A DNA stretch of 64,000 bases, from positions 1-64,000 of the forward strand of contig CAWHCF010000013.1 in NCBI GenBank assembly GCA_963827655.1, read 5' to 3'. The position numbers were made by a program, and so were the translations under genes. Positions 31,399 through 41,633 of the stretch are shown here, one piece after another. This DNA comes from an uncultured Acidobacteriota bacterium. GTDB taxonomy: Bacteria > Acidobacteriota > UBA6911. The notes under the pieces were generated by a model that was not told the DNA's origin, searched no databases, and saw only the letters and a program-made list of their open reading frames with translations. Every line of letters begins with the position of its first letter. Position 1 is the first letter of the stretch.

Positions 31399-32811
31399 AT
31401 GAACCTTCTCCTCATCCGGCCGAAATCGACCTACGCTGATGTCGTGGCGGGCATTCCCATCGGAATCACGATGTTGGGCGCCGTCGCCGAGAAGAAGGGG
31501 CACCGGGCCAGGATTCTCGATATCGGACTCGAAGCCAACCCGGCTGAATCTCTCCGGAGCGCACTAGAATCTGAGTCCTATGACGTGGCCGGCATAAGCT
31601 GCATGTCGGTTGAGTTTATGGGTGGCATCGAGACGGCCGAGGCCATTCGGAAGATATCTCCCCGCACTCACATCATCTTCGGCGGGCAGCACCCTACCAT
31701 CATGCCCGAGCAGGTTATGAAGAAAGAGTGCGTCGACTCGATTTGCATCGGGGAGGGGGAGGATATTTTTGCCGATTTCCTGGATCGCCTATCCACCGGG
31801 AAAGATCTGGATGGAGTTCAGGGACTGTGGTTCCGCCGGAATGGCAATGTAGTTCGGAATCTTCCGCGCAACGACTATGTCGATGTGGACACCATCCCTA
31901 TGCCGGCCTATCACCTGCTGGATGTCGAACGTTACTTCGACATCGACTTTGTGCGCTTCCCGACGGTCGACCGGCGAGCGATCCAGATCTTCACGAGTCG
32001 CGGCTGTCCTTACCGTTGTATCTACTGCCATGACCTCTTCGGGAAGAAGTTCCGCGGACGAAAACCCGAACTGGTCTGGGAGGAAATCAAGTTCTTGCAT
32101 GATACCTACGGGATTCGCGAGTTCATGGTCGAGGACGACATATTCAACATGGACCTTGACCGCGCGAAGCGCATTTGCGATCTCGTGATCGATAGCGGGC
32201 TGAAACTCGGCTTTCAGTTCGGCAATGGCGTCCGCCTGGAGCGTTTCGATGAAGAACTGATGCAGAAGCTGGGTCGGGCCGGCACCCATCACATGGCGAT
32301 CGCGATCGAGTCGGCGAACGACCGAATCCAGAAACTGATCAAAAAGCACTTAAAGCTCGAGCGTTTCAATGAGGTTCTCGGATGGGCCCGGAAAAACGAT
32401 ATCGAGACTTTGGGCTTTTTCATGCTCGGCTTTCCTGGCGAGACCGTGGCTGAAATCAATCAGACAATAAAGTTTGCTTGTGGATCATACTTTGACGAGG
32501 CTCTCTTCTCGATAGCGACACCATACGCCGGTACCGAACTCAACGACCTGGTGCGTGCCACCGGTTCCTACGAAGGGAACGACATTCATGAAGAATGGGA
32601 AGGGGTCGTCAAAGTCAAATCGGAAGAGTGGGATTTCAAGAAACTGCGATGGCTTCAACGCAAGGCCTACTTCCTGTTCTTCCTCACCCGGTTCCGCTTC
32701 GTGAAGATCCTCCTCAAAATGAAGAGTCCTAAGATGTTCCGCAGGTACTGGGCCGCTTTCACCCGCAACTTCATGCCTTTTTGGGAAGCTCAAAGATCCC
32801 GAATCAATTAG
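31399..32811 (+). CDS. B12-binding radical SAM protein (class B methyltransferase-like)
   Basis: N-terminal cobalamin domain (GGQHPT, GEGE), TSRGCPYRCIYC (CX3CX2C), DD.F, GFPGET. Confidence 0.92.
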   Translation: MNLLLIRPKSTYADVVAGIPIGITMLGAVAEKKGHRARILDIGLEANPAESLRSALESESYDVAGISCMSVEFMGGIETAEAIRKISPRTHIIFGGQHPTIMPEQVMKKECVDSICIGEGEDIFADFLDRLSTGKDLDGVQGLWFRRNGNVVRNLPRNDYVDVDTIPMPAYHLLDVERYFDIDFVRFPTVDRRAIQIFTSRGCPYRCIYCHDLFGKKFRGRKPELVWEEIKFLHDTYGIREFMVEDDIFNMDLDRAKRICDLVIDSGLKLGFQFGNGVRLERFDEELMQKLGRAGTHHMAIAIESANDRIQKLIKKHLKLERFNEVLGWARKNDIETLGFFMLGFPGETVAEINQTIKFACGSYFDEALFSIATPYAGTELNDLVRATGSYEGNDIHEEWEGVVKVKSEEWDFKKLRWLQRKAYFLFFLTRFRFVKILLKMKSPKMFRRYWAAFTRNFMPFWEAQRSRIN

Positions 32812-32938
32812 TCATTCCCCCGGACAGTAAGTTCGCGTTTCAGTCCGAAATGCCCCCGTCTCTGAGTCTCGTCTTAATGTTTTTAGAAATAAAGGTTTAC
32901 GACTAAGTCTGCAAACGCAAAGAACCTAAAGTTATCGT

Positions 32939-32968
32939 TTGACACAGGCTTTGGTGCGAAAGTAATAT
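32939..32968 (+). promoter_or_regulatory. Putative sigma70 promoter of the cold-shock gene, giving a long 5' UTR
   Basis: TTGACA-N18-TAATAT about 150 nt upstream of the csp ATG. Confidence 0.5.
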
Positions 32969-33119
32969 ACGGCCCTAACCTGTTTGTTATGTGGTCTGTA
33001 AGGCCGGAGCTCGAAGGACGACCGCCGCAGAACCCCGGGTTCGCGGCATCCCCTGGTTGGCAAGGCCGCCGAGAAGCACAAACTGAATCGAATTCGAAAA
33101 CCGAAGGAGCAAGGTTCCC

Positions 33120-33329
33120 ATGGAAAAAGAAATTGGGAAAGTTAAGTGGTTCAACAACGCGAAGGGTTATGGCTTTATCGAGCGTTCGACTGGCGGGGAT
33201 GTTTTCGTGCATCATTCTGCCATCGAGATGAGTGGATTTCGGACTTTAACGGAAGGGGATACGGTCGCCTTCAACGTTACCCGCGGTCCAAAAGGGCTCC
33301 AGGCCGAGAATGTTACCAAGCCTGATTAA
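33120..33329 (+). CDS. Cold-shock protein
   Basis: GKVKWFN..KGYGFI (RNP1), DVFVHHSAI (RNP2), GPKG.QA.NV; AAGGAG upstream. Confidence 0.96.
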   Translation: MEKEIGKVKWFNNAKGYGFIERSTGGDVFVHHSAIEMSGFRTLTEGDTVAFNVTRGPKGLQAENVTKPD

Positions 33330-33341
33330 TCGGGCGTAATG

Positions 33342-33383
33342 AAGCCCCTCCGGGCACGAAGGCCCGGAGGGGCTTTTTCTTTT
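33342..33383 (+). terminator. Rho-independent terminator after csp
   Basis: AAGCCCCTCCGGGC-acgaag-GCCCGGAGGGGCTT followed by a T-rich tail. Confidence 0.85.
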
Positions 33384-33395
33384 GAGGATGCTTCT

Positions 33396-34109
33396 ATGGA
33401 AAAGAGGTTCTGGACAACGGCAATGATTGCCGCCATGACGATGGCGGTGTTTGCTGAAGGTTTGGCGGGCTTCTTGAGTGCTTCGCTCAGAACAGGCCCA
33501 CAGGCGCCGGCTGGGGAGGAGGGCTTCAAGCCTCTCTTTAACGGCAAGAACCTTGACGGATGGGTTTACGGGCGCCGGAAGGGGGAGGAAAACAAGCAAG
33601 GGCGCGGCTACCAGGTCGAGAACGGCATCCTGTTCTGTACCAAGGACGATGGCGGCAACCTGTACACCGCAGAGGAATACAGCGATTTTGTGTTCCGTTT
33701 TGACTTCAAGCTCGAGCCGAACTCCAACAATGGCGTGGGTATTCGAGCCCCCCTGGATGGAGACGCGGCCTACGCCGGAATCGAGATCCAGATTCTAGAT
33801 GACAGCGGTTCGCAATACACGAGTCTGCGCCCGGCCCAGTATCACGGCTCAATCTACGACGTCATTCCAGCTACGCGGGGCTCGTTGAAACCAGTCGGAG
33901 AGTGGAATTCCGAAGAGATTACGGCTCGCGGCCGGCAGGTCACGGTGAAGCTCAATGGGAATACGATCGTCGACGCAAACCTGGACCAGGTCAAGGACGA
34001 CGCAGCCCTGAAGAAGCATCCTGGCTTGGCCCGGAAAAGCGGACACCTCGGATTCCTCGGACACGGAGCTCGCGTGGAATTCCGGAACATTCGGGTCAAG
34101 AGACTCTGA
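33396..34109 (+). CDS. DUF1080 (3-keto-disaccharide hydrolase) family protein
   Basis: Signal peptide; GFKPLFNGKNLDGW, NNGVGIR, EIQILD, GEWNSEEI, GHLGFLGH, FRNIRVK. Confidence 0.92.
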   Translation: MEKRFWTTAMIAAMTMAVFAEGLAGFLSASLRTGPQAPAGEEGFKPLFNGKNLDGWVYGRRKGEENKQGRGYQVENGILFCTKDDGGNLYTAEEYSDFVFRFDFKLEPNSNNGVGIRAPLDGDAAYAGIEIQILDDSGSQYTSLRPAQYHGSIYDVIPATRGSLKPVGEWNSEEITARGRQVTVKLNGNTIVDANLDQVKDDAALKKHPGLARKSGHLGFLGHGARVEFRNIRVKRL

Positions 34110-34159
34110 GACTTCTTGGTCGTTTCTTCGTGTGTACTTTGGTGTCTCCGTGGTATTTG

Positions 34160-35165
34160 TTAAAGGGTTTTCCGGAGGTAGTTGCACATGGCATAACCGA
34201 GGACGATGTTGAAAGGAAACTCTCCCGAGGTGTAATGACCGCAGCGTAATTCCAGCGTCGAATGGGGGAGTTGAAGCTCTTTGTACTCTTGAAGCACCTG
34301 CTGCGAAAGCTGGGGCAAGAAAGAATAGTCGTAACGCGCGTGGATCAAGAGCGAGTTTTTTCCGGTTCCCACGAGCTTCCTCAAGTAGGCTCTGGGACTG
34401 TTCGGCATCCAGATCTCCCGCAGGTCGTTCAGTGTGATGTTTCCTTCCAGGCCCGCGCGCACGTGACGGGTCGAGATCCCGCTCCACACAACGTCCGCAA
34501 AATAGGGCGAGATATGGTTTTGGACGCTGATTCTCAAGCGGTCTTCGTGCGCCATCGTGATCAAGGCGATACAGGAGCCCAGGCTGGTTCCGAGGATGGC
34601 GAACTTCTCGTACCCCTTCTGTTCCAGCCAATCCAGAGCGGCGCGGCAGTCTATGACCGCCTGCCGAACCGCATGGAGTGTGCGGCCCAGGTTAGGCGAG
34701 AGCATGTACTCGGCCCGCACCAGCTCCTCGGGCATCCTCAGGTCGTGGTAGGGCATGCTCAGGCGCAGAGCGGAAAGACCGAAGCGATTCAACATCCGGC
34801 ACAGAGCCATGTGACCCCGGCCGTCCGAATTCCACTGCGGCAGGACGAGCACGACCCGTCCCCGGGAACTGACCGGGAAGTACCATCCATGGACTTTGTT
34901 GTTCCTGGGGTAGATGGTTGGCAGGGGACTGGTGAAGCTGAGGTGCTGTCCCTCGAGGCGATAATCGTCCACCGGTTTGTAAGAGTGATAGGCGTCACTG
35001 TTGAGAATTGCCTCGCGGGCGTAATCGAGCAGGTAATCCTTCGCGTCGTGAACAGGAATACCATTCTGGACAAACTCCAGTCCCCATTCGAAGGGCCGCA
35101 CGGTTCGTCTTCGTATCCCTGCGTGACAGGCGTGACTCCCAGCGGTGAAAGAGACGTGCCATCAT
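34160..35165 (-). CDS. Alpha/beta hydrolase (ABHD18/DUF2048-like), frameshift near 35105
   Basis: GTSLG nucleophile elbow, LSMPYH..R.P, CGHYT; N-terminus MMARLFHRWE lies in another frame and overlaps the thiO stop (ATGA). Confidence 0.75.
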
Positions 35166-36307
35166 AGCGTCAGCGTCTCTGCATCTTCGTGTTTGGTGTT
35201 TGCCTGACAAAAGCGCGCGGGAGAAAACTGATCGAGAGGTATCGTGCTTCGCTGCTCGATGGCTAACTCGGCTATGATCTTCCCGGTCAGGGCGCTCAAG
35301 AGGATCCCGTTACGGAAATGCCCGGTAGCGTGGATGAGTCCTTTCCAGGCCGGATCGATCCCCAGGATCGGCAGCGAATCTGGCGTTCCTGGGCGCAGTC
35401 CCGCCCACATGCGTGAGAAGGTAGCCGATTTGAGATCCGGGCAGAGATCGAGCGCTCCCCGAGTCAGCTTTTGAATGGCGTCGGCTGTATTGCGTTTGTC
35501 ATAGCCGACTCTCTCGATTGTGGCTCCGACCAGCAACTGGCCGTTGTTTCTTGGGACCAGGTAGCAGTCCTTCGAACATATAAGGCGTCTGACGAGCGGA
35601 GTCTCCGTGGTAAGAGAGAGCATTTGGCCGCGTACGGGAATGACGGGCAAACGACTTTCCGGCGAAGGACTCAGGCGAGAAGCCCAGGCGCCGGAACAGT
35701 TGATGACTCGTGCGGCATGAATCTCACTGCGTGAAGTCCGCGCTCCATAAACGGTGTCGCCTCGGACCAGAAGACGGTCTATTTCCTCGTGCGTGCGTAG
35801 CTCGACGCCGCCGAGGTTGGCGGCCTGAGCGAGCGCGCGCGTATAGCCGGCGTTGTCCAGATGAGCCGGATCGGGAGAATACAGCGCAGGCTCCGGAAAC
35901 CATGTGACATGCGGCTCTAGTTCCAGTACTTCCTGCCGGCTGAGCATGCGAGTGCTCGGGCCGGCATTCTGGTTTTGCTGTTGGATGTGGAAAGCTTCTT
36001 CCTCGGACATCGGAATGTAGAGGCAGCCATCGTGGTGCCACTCGATTGGGACGCCGGTGCGCTCGCGCAGTTCTTCCAGGTAATCGGGAAACAGCGAGCG
36101 GGCCTGAAGGCAAAGGCGGGCGAAACCATCGTCTCCGTCGGAGTCTAGCAGCGGCGACAGCATTCCGGCCGCAGCGGAGGAAGCTTCCTGGCCGATCTCT
36201 CCACGTTCCACGAGGATGGCGGTCGCACGCGCTTTTGACAATTCGTAAGCGACCGCGCAGCCGATCACTCCTCCGCCAATCACCAGGAAGTCAGTGGTTT
36301 CAGTCAT
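35162..36307 (-). CDS. thiO: Glycine oxidase ThiO-like FAD oxidoreductase
   Basis: GGGVIG, ASSAAAGML, PVRGQ, WAGLRPGTPD, GHFRNGILL. Confidence 0.85.
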   Translation of the reverse strand: MTETTDFLVIGGGVIGCAVAYELSKARATAILVERGEIGQEASSAAAGMLSPLLDSDGDDGFARLCLQARSLFPDYLEELRERTGVPIEWHHDGCLYIPMSEEEAFHIQQQNQNAGPSTRMLSRQEVLELEPHVTWFPEPALYSPDPAHLDNAGYTRALAQAANLGGVELRTHEEIDRLLVRGDTVYGARTSRSEIHAARVINCSGAWASRLSPSPESRLPVIPVRGQMLSLTTETPLVRRLICSKDCYLVPRNNGQLLVGATIERVGYDKRNTADAIQKLTRGALDLCPDLKSATFSRMWAGLRPGTPDSLPILGIDPAWKGLIHATGHFRNGILLSALTGKIIAELAIEQRSTIPLDQFSPARFCQANTKHEDAETLTL

Positions 36308-36343
36308 ATGCTTCAACCGTGAAGACGCAAAGAAACCCTGCTG

Positions 36344-36493
36344 CTAGAACTCGGAGCAGCTCATGAAGTAGCCACATTCGCAGACAAGCTTGCATTTGTG
36401 CGGTTGAAGGATTCGACCGCATTGAGGGCAGTACTCTTTGTCGTCATCGACCGCGGCGTCAGATCCCTTCCGCTCACGTTCCACTTTATCCAC
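36344..36493 (-). CDS. Small 49-aa CPxCG zinc-finger protein (absent from the ORF track)
   Basis: Manual translation: MDKVERERKGSDAAVDDDKEYCPQCGRILQPHKCKLVCECGYFMSCSEF*; GTG start; co-oriented with its neighbours. Confidence 0.75.
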   Translation of the reverse strand: MDKVERERKGSDAAVDDDKEYCPQCGRILQPHKCKLVCECGYFMSCSEF

Positions 36494-36556
36494 GGATTCC
36501 TTGGTTTCCATCAGGAGTCTTTGCGTCTTGGAGCCTTCGCGGTGAAGCAGATCGAC

Positions 36557-37213
36557 CTACCCCTCCGCCTTACCGATCAGGACCACGGCGAATGGGAAAT
36601 CGACTTCGGTGCCGCCGCCGGAAGGCTGCGCCTTGGTCTTGCCCTCCAGGGCCCAGTGCCCCCCCTCGCCCACCTGCTTGAAGCTGGGGCTTCCCGCTCC
36701 GGTCGGTTGTGCAAGATACAAGGGATGAGGATGGTTCGTTCCCGAAGCTTGTTTGCTCAGTTTAATCAGCTCCTCGTAGCCAACTTGAGCCGCAGGATCT
36801 TTGTCGGCGCTGGCCGGCGCCAGCAAGAAGAATTCCGGAGAGGGAGCCATCCCCTGGTGATTGCCGTCCGATGGAATGGTCTGGAACCGGAGCGTGTAGG
36901 CACCGGGCTTGATCGCCTGCCCGCGAAAATCTCCGCCCTTTCCGGTAAAGATGATCACACCCACGAATGTGCCGTTGGCGATAGAACCATAGCCCGCGCC
37001 ACTCTTTTGAGGAATGGCTTTGCGCATCCACAGTTCGCACAAGGGCCCGGAATCGCCAACGACGCGGAGCCCCTGCGGTTGCAGTGTTGCCCGCATGGGT
37101 TCGGCGATTTCAGTGTTGGTGCAAGCGCCCGTGGTTTCTACTTTGTTAGCCGCCGTTGCCGCGAAACTGGCCAGTGAAAATAAGACCGACACGAAGAATC
37201 GTCTGCGATTCAT
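36557..37213 (-). CDS. Secreted hypothetical protein
   Basis: Signal peptide (MNRRRFF..SFAATA), GGAGG RBS, DFRGQ.IKPG.YTLR..P.DGNH.G motif. Confidence 0.75.
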   Translation of the reverse strand: MNRRRFFVSVLFSLASFAATAANKVETTGACTNTEIAEPMRATLQPQGLRVVGDSGPLCELWMRKAIPQKSGAGYGSIANGTFVGVIIFTGKGGDFRGQAIKPGAYTLRFQTIPSDGNHQGMAPSPEFFLLAPASADKDPAAQVGYEELIKLSKQASGTNHPHPLYLAQPTGAGSPSFKQVGEGGHWALEGKTKAQPSGGGTEVDFPFAVVLIGKAEG

Positions 37214-37370
37214 GCGTACCTCCCTGGAATCAAAACTGTACGGAAGGATACAGCGAGAGAGGAGAGAGTTTCAAACAAACTACGCAAGCTTGGCGCCTTC
37301 GGGCCCTCGCGGTAATGCATTGGCGCAAACCACGAAGGCCAGAAGGCGCGAAGAATCAATGCGGAAGCGC

Positions 37371-38039
37371 TTAACGGGAGAACGTTCCAACAAACGCGCT
37401 GCGTTTGTCGTTGATCCGCCACTCGAGCCCGAGACCCGAACCGCGATACTCCTCGGACAGGGTGTACGCCGGCATGGCGTGTGAGAGCTCCGTGAGTGGA
37501 GGATAATAGGTAGATTCGTTACCGCACAGGTGATCCTTATCCCCAATGGCTCGCGTCTGGATTCGGGCCAGATTCCCCGCTTGGAGGACCACAGAGCCAT
37601 GTTTGCTCGCCTCGCCGACCTCGAGCGAGATGGGCGCCGACTGAACCAAAACTACGTTCTCCAGAAGACGGCCACCCATTGCCTTGGCAAATTCGACCAG
37701 GGCACATTTCTGATCCTCGTTAGCTTTCTCGTCGACGATGAGAACCGATTTCGCAGGATACGGATTGTTGAAAGGATCGCCCAGCGTCGCGGAGGCTTTC
37801 GCCACGGCAACAATCGCCAGGCCATCCAGCGGCACTCCCTTCCAGTCTCCAGTGCGAATCCGCCACCCAAGGGTTGCCTGGGTTCCCGTCAACCCCACCT
37901 CGGCATTAGCGAAGCAATGCCCGGTATAGACATCGGCGTTCCGCGTCTCGACATAATCCCCGGAGATTTGCCCTGCGAAGGCAGGGGCGGCAAGCAACAG
38001 AGCGGCCGCACAAAGTGACACAAGCTTTAATCGATGCAT
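37371..38039 (-). CDS. DUF1326-like secreted protein
   Basis: Signal peptide; G.YVE.R..DVYTG.CFAN, W.I..G...GV.LDGL, VDEKA...Q; GAGGAG RBS. Confidence 0.65.
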   Translation of the reverse strand: MHRLKLVSLCAAALLLAAPAFAGQISGDYVETRNADVYTGHCFANAEVGLTGTQATLGWRIRTGDWKGVPLDGLAIVAVAKASATLGDPFNNPYPAKSVLIVDEKANEDQKCALVEFAKAMGGRLLENVVLVQSAPISLEVGEASKHGSVVLQAGNLARIQTRAIGDKDHLCGNESTYYPPLTELSHAMPAYTLSEEYRGSGLGLEWRINDKRSAFVGTFSR

Positions 38040-38265
38040 TTGGTTTCCTCCTCAGTCCGGTTTACCAGGTTCCCGGTCCCCTTCTTTTATAGCCCCCCAA
38101 TAATACCTCTGTCATTGCCGCTTGTCGATGGTCGATTACAGGAAAATCTCTTCTTGATTGGCGCGCGCGGACTTCTTTGCAACAACGGCCCAAGCCACGC
38201 CTTCTTACGTCCCCACGCCAGACGCTTGAAGCGAAGGAAAGGAGCTGGCTCAGGCTGAGCTTGCC

Positions 38266-38496
38266 TCAAGTGAATTTGATCCGTGTCAGCTCGTCGTAAC
38301 AAGAGCGACTCGGGCTGCAAGTGTCGGGCGACGCCAGCTGCCCGTCAGGGCCGAGGCATACCTGGGTCTCGGAGCACCAGAAACTCCCATCGTTGGACGG
38401 TGGCACCGTGGGATCGCTATCGGCCTCGATGAACATCGCTTTCCAGCGCAAGAGACGGCAGACTTCATGCTCCAAGTTGCTGTAAGGTTTATCCAT
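38266..38496 (-). CDS. Small Cys-rich protein (5 Cys) in the molybdoenzyme operon
   Basis: CRLLRWK..FWC..TQVCLGPDG..C...RSCY; starts 2 bp after the FAD subunit stop. Confidence 0.7.
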   Translation of the reverse strand: MDKPYSNLEHEVCRLLRWKAMFIEADSDPTVPPSNDGSFWCSETQVCLGPDGQLASPDTCSPSRSCYDELTRIKFT

Positions 38497-38498
38497 GG

Positions 38499-39485
38499 TT
38501 AGGCTCCTTGGGCTGCGCGAAGAATCGCTCGTTTCACCGCGACTCGTGCCAGTTGAATCTTGTATGCGTTTTGACTGAGGCTCTTTGCGCCCGAGACCGC
38601 GGCTGAGCCGGCGTCCTGGGCCACCTGATCCGAAATGGTCTTTCCGGTCAGAAACTTCTCAGCATCGCTGGAGGGCCAGGGAACAGGCGCCACGTGTCCC
38701 ATGACGACCCGGGCTGCTGTCACCTTTTTTCCACTCAGCTTCAGGGCAACGCTCGCAGCCGCCAAGGGCCAGTCGAGTGCATCATGCTGGCGCACTTCGT
38801 AGGTCGCGCTTCGGCTGCCGGCTGCCGGTGGAACCAGGATTTCGGTTACGATCTCGTTGGATTGCAAGCGGAACTCGCGCTGATCGTTGCTCTTCGGCGT
38901 CACAAAGAACTGTTCCGCCGGAACGTCCCGCGGACCTTTGGCGCCGAACACTCGAATTTTGGCGCCGAGCGCGATAAGAGCCGGAGCCAGGCTCGAAGGA
39001 TTTACAAAATATGCGGGGCCGAAGTTCCCGAGGATGGCGTGATACTTGTTTTCCCCCTCCGTAACCAACGACTTGCCGCTGGAATCCTGTGCGAGCAGGC
39101 CCAGGCCGCTGCGGTAGTACCAGCAACGCGGCCGCTGGCAAAGGTCTCCCCCCACGGTCCCCAGGTTGCGGATTTGAGGACTGGTAACGCCCTCGGCAGC
39201 CTGGACTAGTGCAGGGTAGTCCTTCTTGACGGCTTCATGGTTCATCAACTCGTCCAGTGTAACCAGGGCGCCGATCCGAAGACCGGTGCCGGACGCGAAT
39301 TTCACTCCTTCGAGTTCCTTGATCTCCTTGATATTGACGATCCGCTTGGGCTCGGTGATGTGGTCCTTCATCAAGCTCAGCAGATCCATGCCCCCGGCGA
39401 GGACTTCGGTTTCCCCCCACTTGGCGCCGAGCAGGGCCACGGCTTGTTCTTTTGTGGTTGGACTTGCGTAATCAAAGGCGCGCAT
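38499..39485 (-). CDS. Xanthine dehydrogenase family FAD-binding subunit (PaoB/YagS-like)
   Basis: LAGG.DLL, LRIGALVT, SPQIRNLGTVGG, VAPVPW, NAYK. Confidence 0.92.
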   Translation of the reverse strand: MRAFDYASPTTKEQAVALLGAKWGETEVLAGGMDLLSLMKDHITEPKRIVNIKEIKELEGVKFASGTGLRIGALVTLDELMNHEAVKKDYPALVQAAEGVTSPQIRNLGTVGGDLCQRPRCWYYRSGLGLLAQDSSGKSLVTEGENKYHAILGNFGPAYFVNPSSLAPALIALGAKIRVFGAKGPRDVPAEQFFVTPKSNDQREFRLQSNEIVTEILVPPAAGSRSATYEVRQHDALDWPLAAASVALKLSGKKVTAARVVMGHVAPVPWPSSDAEKFLTGKTISDQVAQDAGSAAVSGAKSLSQNAYKIQLARVAVKRAILRAAQGA

Positions 39486-41629
39486 TAGGTCAGCCCTCCT
39501 TTCTTTTCCATTGCTGCAAGAACCCGGTCGGGAGTTAAGGGTAAAGACGGCACGCGAACGCCGAGGGCGTTGGCCACGGCATTCGAGATTGCAGCCCCGG
39601 GCGATATGACAGGGGGCTCGCCCAGCCCGATCACCCCGCGCGCGTCCTGCGCCGGACCCGTCATCATGTGGACGACCAGGTTGCCGATGTCGCCGATTCC
39701 TGCGAGCTTGTAGAACTCCATGTTGGGGTTCAAGGTCTTTCCGGTGAACTGGTCGTTGATTCTTTCTTCGTAAAGAGCATAGCTGACGCCCTGGATCAGG
39801 GCTCCGAAGGTCTGGCTCTCGGCAGTCTTGAGGGCAATGATGTAGCCGACGTCCTGGACTGCGACCATCTTCTCGATTTTCACAATCCCGGTTTCGGTAT
39901 CCACCGATACTTCTGCCATCTGCACGCCTGCTACGCCGCTGTCTGCGAGTTTCCCCTTCTCCGCGTCGGGCTGCTTGCCGATTACCGAGATCGGGTTCAC
40001 TCCCAGCTTTGCGCAGGCTTGCTTCCAGGCTACGCTCTTGGAGGGATCTCCTTTAACCTGAATCTTGCCGCCGACCGCTTCCAGATTGGCCGGATCGGCA
40101 TTGAGGGCGGGACCCACCTGCTTGAACAGAGCGTCCAGCGCATCCACTGCGGCGCGGCGGGTCGAGGAACTGACCCCGCCCACGGTCGTGCTTCCGCCGG
40201 AGCTTCCCGAACGCGGGTACTTGTTGTCGCCGATATTGACTTTAATGGCATCGAGCGGGAGACCCAGGGTATCCGCCGCCACAATCGCGATCACCGTTCG
40301 AGTGCCGGTTCCCAGGTCCTGCGAGCCCATTTCTACGGACACGGAACCGTCAGGGTTTATGGTCAGCTTGCAGTCGCTGTCGTGAGGCCGCCCTCCCCAG
40401 GTGTGAAGGGAGAGTCCGAGCCCACGTTTGATGTTGCCTTGCGTGGTATCGCCGCGCGGGTGCCACTTTTTCTTCCATTCGATGAGTTCCGCCGCCTTGA
40501 GCAACTCCTCTTTGTAGAGATCCTTGCGAGGTCCCAGCAGCGGCACATTCTTGAGGAACAGGTCCAGCGGATCCATCTTCAGCGCCGCTGCCAGGTCCTC
40601 CAGAGCCGCCATCGTCACAAAGGCAGCCTGAGGATGATTCGGAGCTCGCCAGGCCCTTTGCGCGCCCGTGTTGGTCGAAACGACGGTATGGTTCATGCGC
40701 TTGTTGGGTATTTCCCAGACATACGGGAAGGGGGGCATTCCGGCGCCACCCAGCCCTCCGGTACCCCAGGAGGTCGATTCCCACGCCGTAACGGTCCCAT
40801 CCTTTTTCGCCCCTATCTTGACCTTGGCGAAAGTGGATGGGCGCGTTCCCGCCACCATGAGCTCGGCGTCCCGCTCCAGCATGATCTTCACGGGTTTGCC
40901 GCCGGCGAGTTTCGACAGACGAGCGCCCTCGATGCCCCAGCGATCCGCCTGGAACTTGCTGCCGAAACCACCTCCCATATGGTCCATTTTCACGGAGACA
41001 TTGGTGACTGGAATCTTCAGAGGTTCCGCGAACTGCTGGGCGAGCGCGGAGACCGCCTGCGTGGATGGGAACACATGAAGCTTATCTTCGCCCTCCCACT
41101 CCGTGATCTGACCGTGGCTTTCCAGACAGCAATGGGCGATAACTGGACATGAGTACATTCCCTCGACCACGACCTCCGCTGCGGCCATGGCTTTGTCAAA
41201 CTCCGGAGTTACCTGTTCAGCCGCAGGTTTGAGACGGTCGCCGGCCTTGGAAAGGTCTTCTTCGCGCACCAGGTGGGGCAACTTCTCATATACCACCTTG
41301 ACGGCGCGGGCCGCGTCTTCGGCCAGACATTCTTCGCTGGCTGCCACCGCAACGATTTCGTCCCCCACCCACTGAATCTCGGTTCCGGGACCCTGGATGA
41401 CCTTGACGGCTGCGACACCCGGCATTTTTTCCGCCGCGGCGGTATCGATGCTCACGATCTTTGCGTGCGCGTGCGGGGAGCGAACGATCTTGCCGTAAAG
41501 CATTCCCGGCCGCTTGATATCGTACGTGTACTTGGCCTTGCCGCTAACTTTGTCGGGCCCGTCCAGACGTGAGATCCGCTTGCCCATCAGGGTTCTTTTC
41601 GAAGGTTCAGGCCAGTTGTAATCAGGCAT
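39485..41629 (-). CDS. Xanthine dehydrogenase family molybdopterin subunit (PaoC/YagR-like)
   Basis: KVSGKAKY, RSPHAHA, GGGFGSK, WRAP, QDLGTG, SGGS, GLGEP (catalytic Glu); start MPDYNW at 41629. Confidence 0.93.
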   Translation of the reverse strand: MPDYNWPEPSKRTLMGKRISRLDGPDKVSGKAKYTYDIKRPGMLYGKIVRSPHAHAKIVSIDTAAAEKMPGVAAVKVIQGPGTEIQWVGDEIVAVAASEECLAEDAARAVKVVYEKLPHLVREEDLSKAGDRLKPAAEQVTPEFDKAMAAAEVVVEGMYSCPVIAHCCLESHGQITEWEGEDKLHVFPSTQAVSALAQQFAEPLKIPVTNVSVKMDHMGGGFGSKFQADRWGIEGARLSKLAGGKPVKIMLERDAELMVAGTRPSTFAKVKIGAKKDGTVTAWESTSWGTGGLGGAGMPPFPYVWEIPNKRMNHTVVSTNTGAQRAWRAPNHPQAAFVTMAALEDLAAALKMDPLDLFLKNVPLLGPRKDLYKEELLKAAELIEWKKKWHPRGDTTQGNIKRGLGLSLHTWGGRPHDSDCKLTINPDGSVSVEMGSQDLGTGTRTVIAIVAADTLGLPLDAIKVNIGDNKYPRSGSSGGSTTVGGVSSSTRRAAVDALDALFKQVGPALNADPANLEAVGGKIQVKGDPSKSVAWKQACAKLGVNPISVIGKQPDAEKGKLADSGVAGVQMAEVSVDTETGIVKIEKMVAVQDVGYIIALKTAESQTFGALIQGVSYALYEERINDQFTGKTLNPNMEFYKLAGIGDIGNLVVHMMTGPAQDARGVIGLGEPPVISPGAAISNAVANALGVRVPSLPLTPDRVLAAMEKKGGLT

Positions 41630-41633
41630 TGCT

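Noticed and set aside
6137-35165. Calling the DASS transporter, Vgb fusion, uxaA, corA and the alpha/beta hydrolase pseudogenes or programmed frameshifts
   Set aside because: Isolated 1 bp indels with intact motifs and no slippery sites are better explained as sequencing errors, though this cannot be settled without reads
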